Source: Psychrobacter sp. HD31
Lineage (GTDB): Bacteria > Pseudomonadota > Gammaproteobacteria > Pseudomonadales > Moraxellaceae
Direction of reading: 5' to 3'
Assembly (NCBI RefSeq): GCF_051097895.1
Contig: NZ_CP142525.1
Location: 1,380,001-1,412,000, forward strand
DNA: 32,000 nt
Under the pieces are notes generated by a model. The model did no database searches. It had not been told where the DNA came from and saw only the letters and a program-made list of their open reading frames with translations. The translations under genes and the position numbers were made by a program. The first letter of the stretch is position 1. Each line of letters starts with the position of its first letter. Shown piece after piece: positions 28,943 to 32,000 of the stretch.

Positions 28943-28976
28943 AACAAAAAAAAGGGCAATATCAAAGTATATTGCC
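28943..28976 (-). terminator. rho-independent terminator between panB and panC
   Basis: Stem GGGCAATAT / ATATTGCCC (28953-28961 and 28968-28976). On the minus strand it is followed by TTTTTTTT, and it lies 33 nt after the panB stop. Confidence 0.85.
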
Positions 28977-29008
28977 CTTTTGCTTTAACGCTTATATTTC
29001 AACAACTT

Positions 29009-29812
29009 TTATATCAAAAACTGATTTTCTACTGAAGGGTAACTACCCTCTTGCACTGCTTGATGAAACAAAGCAAATGCTGCTTCTACACTACGACTTT
29101 GGTTACGTTCATCACTCAAAAAATCATGCACAAAACGTGCAACACGACCATGTGTCACGCCCAACATATCATGCATTACCAACACTTGACCATCGGTATC
29201 TGCACCTGCGCCAATACCTATAACCGGCACATCAACGGCTTCTGTAACACGTTTACCGACATCAGATGGCACAACTTCTAACACCAGCATGGCAGCGCCT
29301 GCTTCTACAACTGCCTTAGCATCATCAATTAATTTTTGGGCTTTATCTTCAGTTTTTCCCTGAATTGTATAACCACCAAACACATTAACTGACTGAGGGG
29401 TTAGCCCTAAATGTACGCAGGTAGGAGTCCCTACTTTCGCAAGTGTTGATACAATCTCACAAAGTTCTGCCCCGCCTTCTAGTTTAACAACATGCGCACC
29501 TGCCTGCATTAAGCGTCGGCTATTAACAATGGCGTCTTCTAACGTGGTATAACTCATAAAAGGCAAGTCTGCCAAAATCAAAGCATGATCATTACTACGT
29601 GCAACATTGCTCGTATGGTATACCATATCATCTACCGTCACAGGTATCGTAGAGTCATGCCCTTGTACGACCATACCAAGACTATCCCCAATTAAAATCG
29701 TATCAATTTTTGCATTTTCCATCATGCGTGCAAACATCGCATCATAACAAGTTAGACATGAAAACTTTTTGCCTTCTTTTTTGTATTTACGTAAAGTAGA
29801 TAATGTTGTCAT
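29009..29812 (-). CDS. panB: 3-methyl-2-oxobutanoate hydroxymethyltransferase
   Basis: 267 aa. CLTCYDAMFA, ILIGDSLGMVVQGHDST, VKLEGG and IGIGAG are PanB family blocks. Confidence 0.93.
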   Translation of the reverse strand: MTTLSTLRKYKKEGKKFSCLTCYDAMFARMMENAKIDTILIGDSLGMVVQGHDSTIPVTVDDMVYHTSNVARSNDHALILADLPFMSYTTLEDAIVNSRRLMQAGAHVVKLEGGAELCEIVSTLAKVGTPTCVHLGLTPQSVNVFGGYTIQGKTEDKAQKLIDDAKAVVEAGAAMLVLEVVPSDVGKRVTEAVDVPVIGIGAGADTDGQVLVMHDMLGVTHGRVARFVHDFLSDERNQSRSVEAAFALFHQAVQEGSYPSVENQFLI

Positions 29813-29897
29813 GGTTATCCTTTAATAGTTAACTGATAGTAACAATAATGATTGAAGTGAAAAAGTGCCGTAAGACAAATAGGTGAGTCGATTGCTA

Positions 29898-30437
29898 TCA
29901 ATCAAGCAAGTTAAGCCCTTCCCAGTCTTTACTTAGTGCAAAGTCATCAAGGTTTTTACCTTGTATGTTAATATTAAGATGGTGTTTGTCTGCCAATTCT
30001 GCAAGGGGGACTAACACAAAGTTACGTTTTAATAACCCGGCATGTGGCACGGTTAAGTCTGGCGTATTAATTACTTCATCACCATAAAGTAAAACGTCAA
30101 CATCTAAACTACGCTCTCCCCAATGACGAAGTCGCTCACGTTTTGCATTGTTTTCTAACGACTGACAAAAATTTAAAAGCTCATGCGCTGTCAACGAGGT
30201 TTGTACACCAACCACTGCATTAACAAAATTTGGTTGATCAGTCACCCCAAAAGGTGCAGACTCATAAAGAGAAGAGGCCTGTACCTCACTAAATTTCGGA
30301 TGGTTTTGCATTGTCACAATGGCATGGGCTATGTGCTCGGCTGGTGTGCCAAGCGCATTAGTAATATTGCCACCCAAACCAAGAAAACATTGGGTTTTCT
30401 TAGTTTCAGCTGGCTTTCTTATATCCATATTTTGCAT
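29898..30437 (-). CDS. folK: 2-amino-4-hydroxy-6-hydroxymethyldihydropteridine diphosphokinase (HPPK)
   Basis: FLGLGGN, SSLYESAPFG, QPNFVNAVV, RWGERSLDVDVLLYG, LTVPHAGLLKRNFVLVPLAEL. It lies immediately downstream of pcnB, as in E. coli. Confidence 0.9.
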   Translation of the reverse strand: MQNMDIRKPAETKKTQCFLGLGGNITNALGTPAEHIAHAIVTMQNHPKFSEVQASSLYESAPFGVTDQPNFVNAVVGVQTSLTAHELLNFCQSLENNAKRERLRHWGERSLDVDVLLYGDEVINTPDLTVPHAGLLKRNFVLVPLAELADKHHLNINIQGKNLDDFALSKDWEGLNLLD

Positions 30438-30456
30438 TGTTTATACCCAGCTATAT

Positions 30457-31998
30457 TTAGTTTTTACGTTGACGCTCATTAGGTACATAACGGGTATCTA
30501 GCAACATGGACTCTAAGCGAGTAGCTTGCTGTACCGACTCAGTATTTTTTGATTTTCTCTTTGGTTTTTTATCAGCAGATGTCGGCTCTTTTAAAAACTT
30601 AACCGACTCACCAACCATAAAAAGCGGTGATGGTTGCTTACCTTTTTTGTTATTTTTTCCCTCTAAAGACAACATTTTTAGCTGTGCTTTTTCTTGACTG
30701 TCTTGCGTTACTGGTTTATTAACAGAAAGACCACTATCGAGATGTTTTCCATTGACAGAATTTACGGGTGGTTTCGCTTCAAAAACATCTTCAGTCACGC
30801 CATTAGCGCGACGACTACGTCGACTACCACCACCGCGTCTCGTTTCTTTTGCAAATTGATCAATTTGTTTTTGTTTTTGTTTTTCTGTCAGGGTTTGGAA
30901 CTCTTGCCACCAAGCACCCATGCCATTGGTTGGTTCAGCAAGCGGTGTATCTGCTTCACCACACATCTCACGCAACAACAAAAAGTCAAAACCTGCCCTA
31001 AATTTAGGATGTTCAATAAGTTGCATGATATTTTTTGCACGTGGATTCGCCAAACGAGGCTGCAACAACCACACCTCTCGTATAAACTGCTCTGCAAACT
31101 TTGGAATCGATGTTTTTAATCTTTGACGCTCTATCACCTTGCTAGCTGCTTTTTGCTGTGCATCGGCAAATGGCATGTTGCGTTTTTTATATTTATTTAA
31201 TTGATATAAGTAGTTACCCCATAACATTGCTGCATAAAAAAATGCGGGATTAATACTTTTGCCACTGGCAATCCGCTTATCAGTATTAATCGCTACTTGT
31301 TTAACTAATTTACTTGGTTTGTTGTCAGGATAAATAAATAAATGATCAATTGCCTTATATTCATATAAGATTGGCAACAAGGGCACAATATAACCACCAA
31401 TAAACATTTTTTGTGTTTCATCATACAAACGATGTGGAGAAACTTGGTCAAGCAATGCCCAATTTTTATCGTTAAACTGTTCTGATAAGTCCTTATCAAA
31501 TTCAAAATTAAGTTTTGCTTTAAAACGCAAGGCACGCAAAAGTCTAACTGGATCTTCTTCAATCCTTGTTGGTGCATGCCCTAGCAAGCGTAACTTATGA
31601 CCTTCAATATCGTCTATCGCGTTACAAAAATCTTTTACCACCCCTTTTAGCGGTTGGTAATAAAGAGCATTGATGGAGAAATCACGACGGTTAGCATCTT
31701 GTTTGATATCACCCCAAACGTTATCTCTCACCAACATGCCTTCTTCGGTCGTATAATTGTCGCCTTTTGGTGGTGCTCTAAAAGTGGCTACCTCAATCAT
31801 TTCTCGCCCAGAATACACGTGCGCTAACTGAAAGCGTCTACCGATAATACGGCATCGTTTACCAAACAACGCTTTAATCTCGTTTGGTTTAGCATTGGTC
31901 ACCGCATCAAAATCTTTTGGGTTTAAACCTAATAAGTTGTCTCGTACACCACCACCAACTATGTAGGCTTCAAAGCCTGCTTTGGTAAGCGTAGAGAT
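30457..31998 (-). CDS. pcnB: poly(A) polymerase I (5' end outside the window)
   Basis: The frame stays open past the track's ATG to the window edge. The upstream translation ..GFEAYIVGGGVRDNLLGLNPKDFDAVT is the nucleotidyltransferase head motif, followed by RIIGRRFQLAHV, RDFSINALYY, and a long Lys/Arg-rich C-terminal tail. Confidence 0.92.
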   Translation of the reverse strand: MSTLTKAGFEAYIVGGGVRDNLLGLNPKDFDAVTNAKPNEIKALFGKRCRIIGRRFQLAHVYSGREMIEVATFRAPPKGDNYTTEEGMLVRDNVWGDIKQDANRRDFSINALYYQPLKGVVKDFCNAIDDIEGHKLRLLGHAPTRIEEDPVRLLRALRFKAKLNFEFDKDLSEQFNDKNWALLDQVSPHRLYDETQKMFIGGYIVPLLPILYEYKAIDHLFIYPDNKPSKLVKQVAINTDKRIASGKSINPAFFYAAMLWGNYLYQLNKYKKRNMPFADAQQKAASKVIERQRLKTSIPKFAEQFIREVWLLQPRLANPRAKNIMQLIEHPKFRAGFDFLLLREMCGEADTPLAEPTNGMGAWWQEFQTLTEKQKQKQIDQFAKETRRGGGSRRSRRANGVTEDVFEAKPPVNSVNGKHLDSGLSVNKPVTQDSQEKAQLKMLSLEGKNNKKGKQPSPLFMVGESVKFLKEPTSADKKPKRKSKNTESVQQATRLESMLLDTRYVPNERQRKN

Positions 31999-32000
31999 AA

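Overview
This window is densely packed core chromosome from an AT-rich gammaproteobacterium. The gene order and a BfmR/RstA-like regulator suggest Moraxellaceae, but that is inference from recalled sequences, not a search. I can support about 37 protein genes:
- Left end: anmK (3' part), a stand-alone ParE/GyrB C-terminal-half (Toprim) protein, a solitary fabF-like KAS II, an EamA/DMT permease and uvrC.
- The rpsP-rimM-trmD-rplS operon.
- An orphan envZ-like histidine kinase that abuts, tail to tail, a bfmR/bfmS-like (rstAB-like) two-component operon.
- The complete atpIBEFHAGDC operon.
- A divergent Zur-controlled zinc locus (znuA <-> zur-znuC-znuB) with two Zur boxes, followed by cpdA.
- dksA-gluQ, then yjgA(darP), rapZ and panC on one side of a strong terminator, and panB, folK and pcnB (5' end off-window) on the other.

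I saw no rRNA or tRNA genes, CRISPR arrays, IS elements, integrases, phage genes or recognisable defence genes. Overall the region is ordinary housekeeping DNA, and I do not see a convincing novel multi-gene system.

The items most worth a second look:
- The ATPase-less Toprim/ParE-C protein.
- The two histidine-kinase genes converging with zero intergenic bases, one of them lacking a cognate regulator.
- A terminator-like hairpin between bfmR and bfmS.
- A lipoprotein-type ZnuA whose His-rich tract has moved to the mature N-terminus.
- A pan operon split by a terminator, with rapZ downstream of panC.

All homology statements come from by-eye alignment to family sequences I remember. No database search was run.
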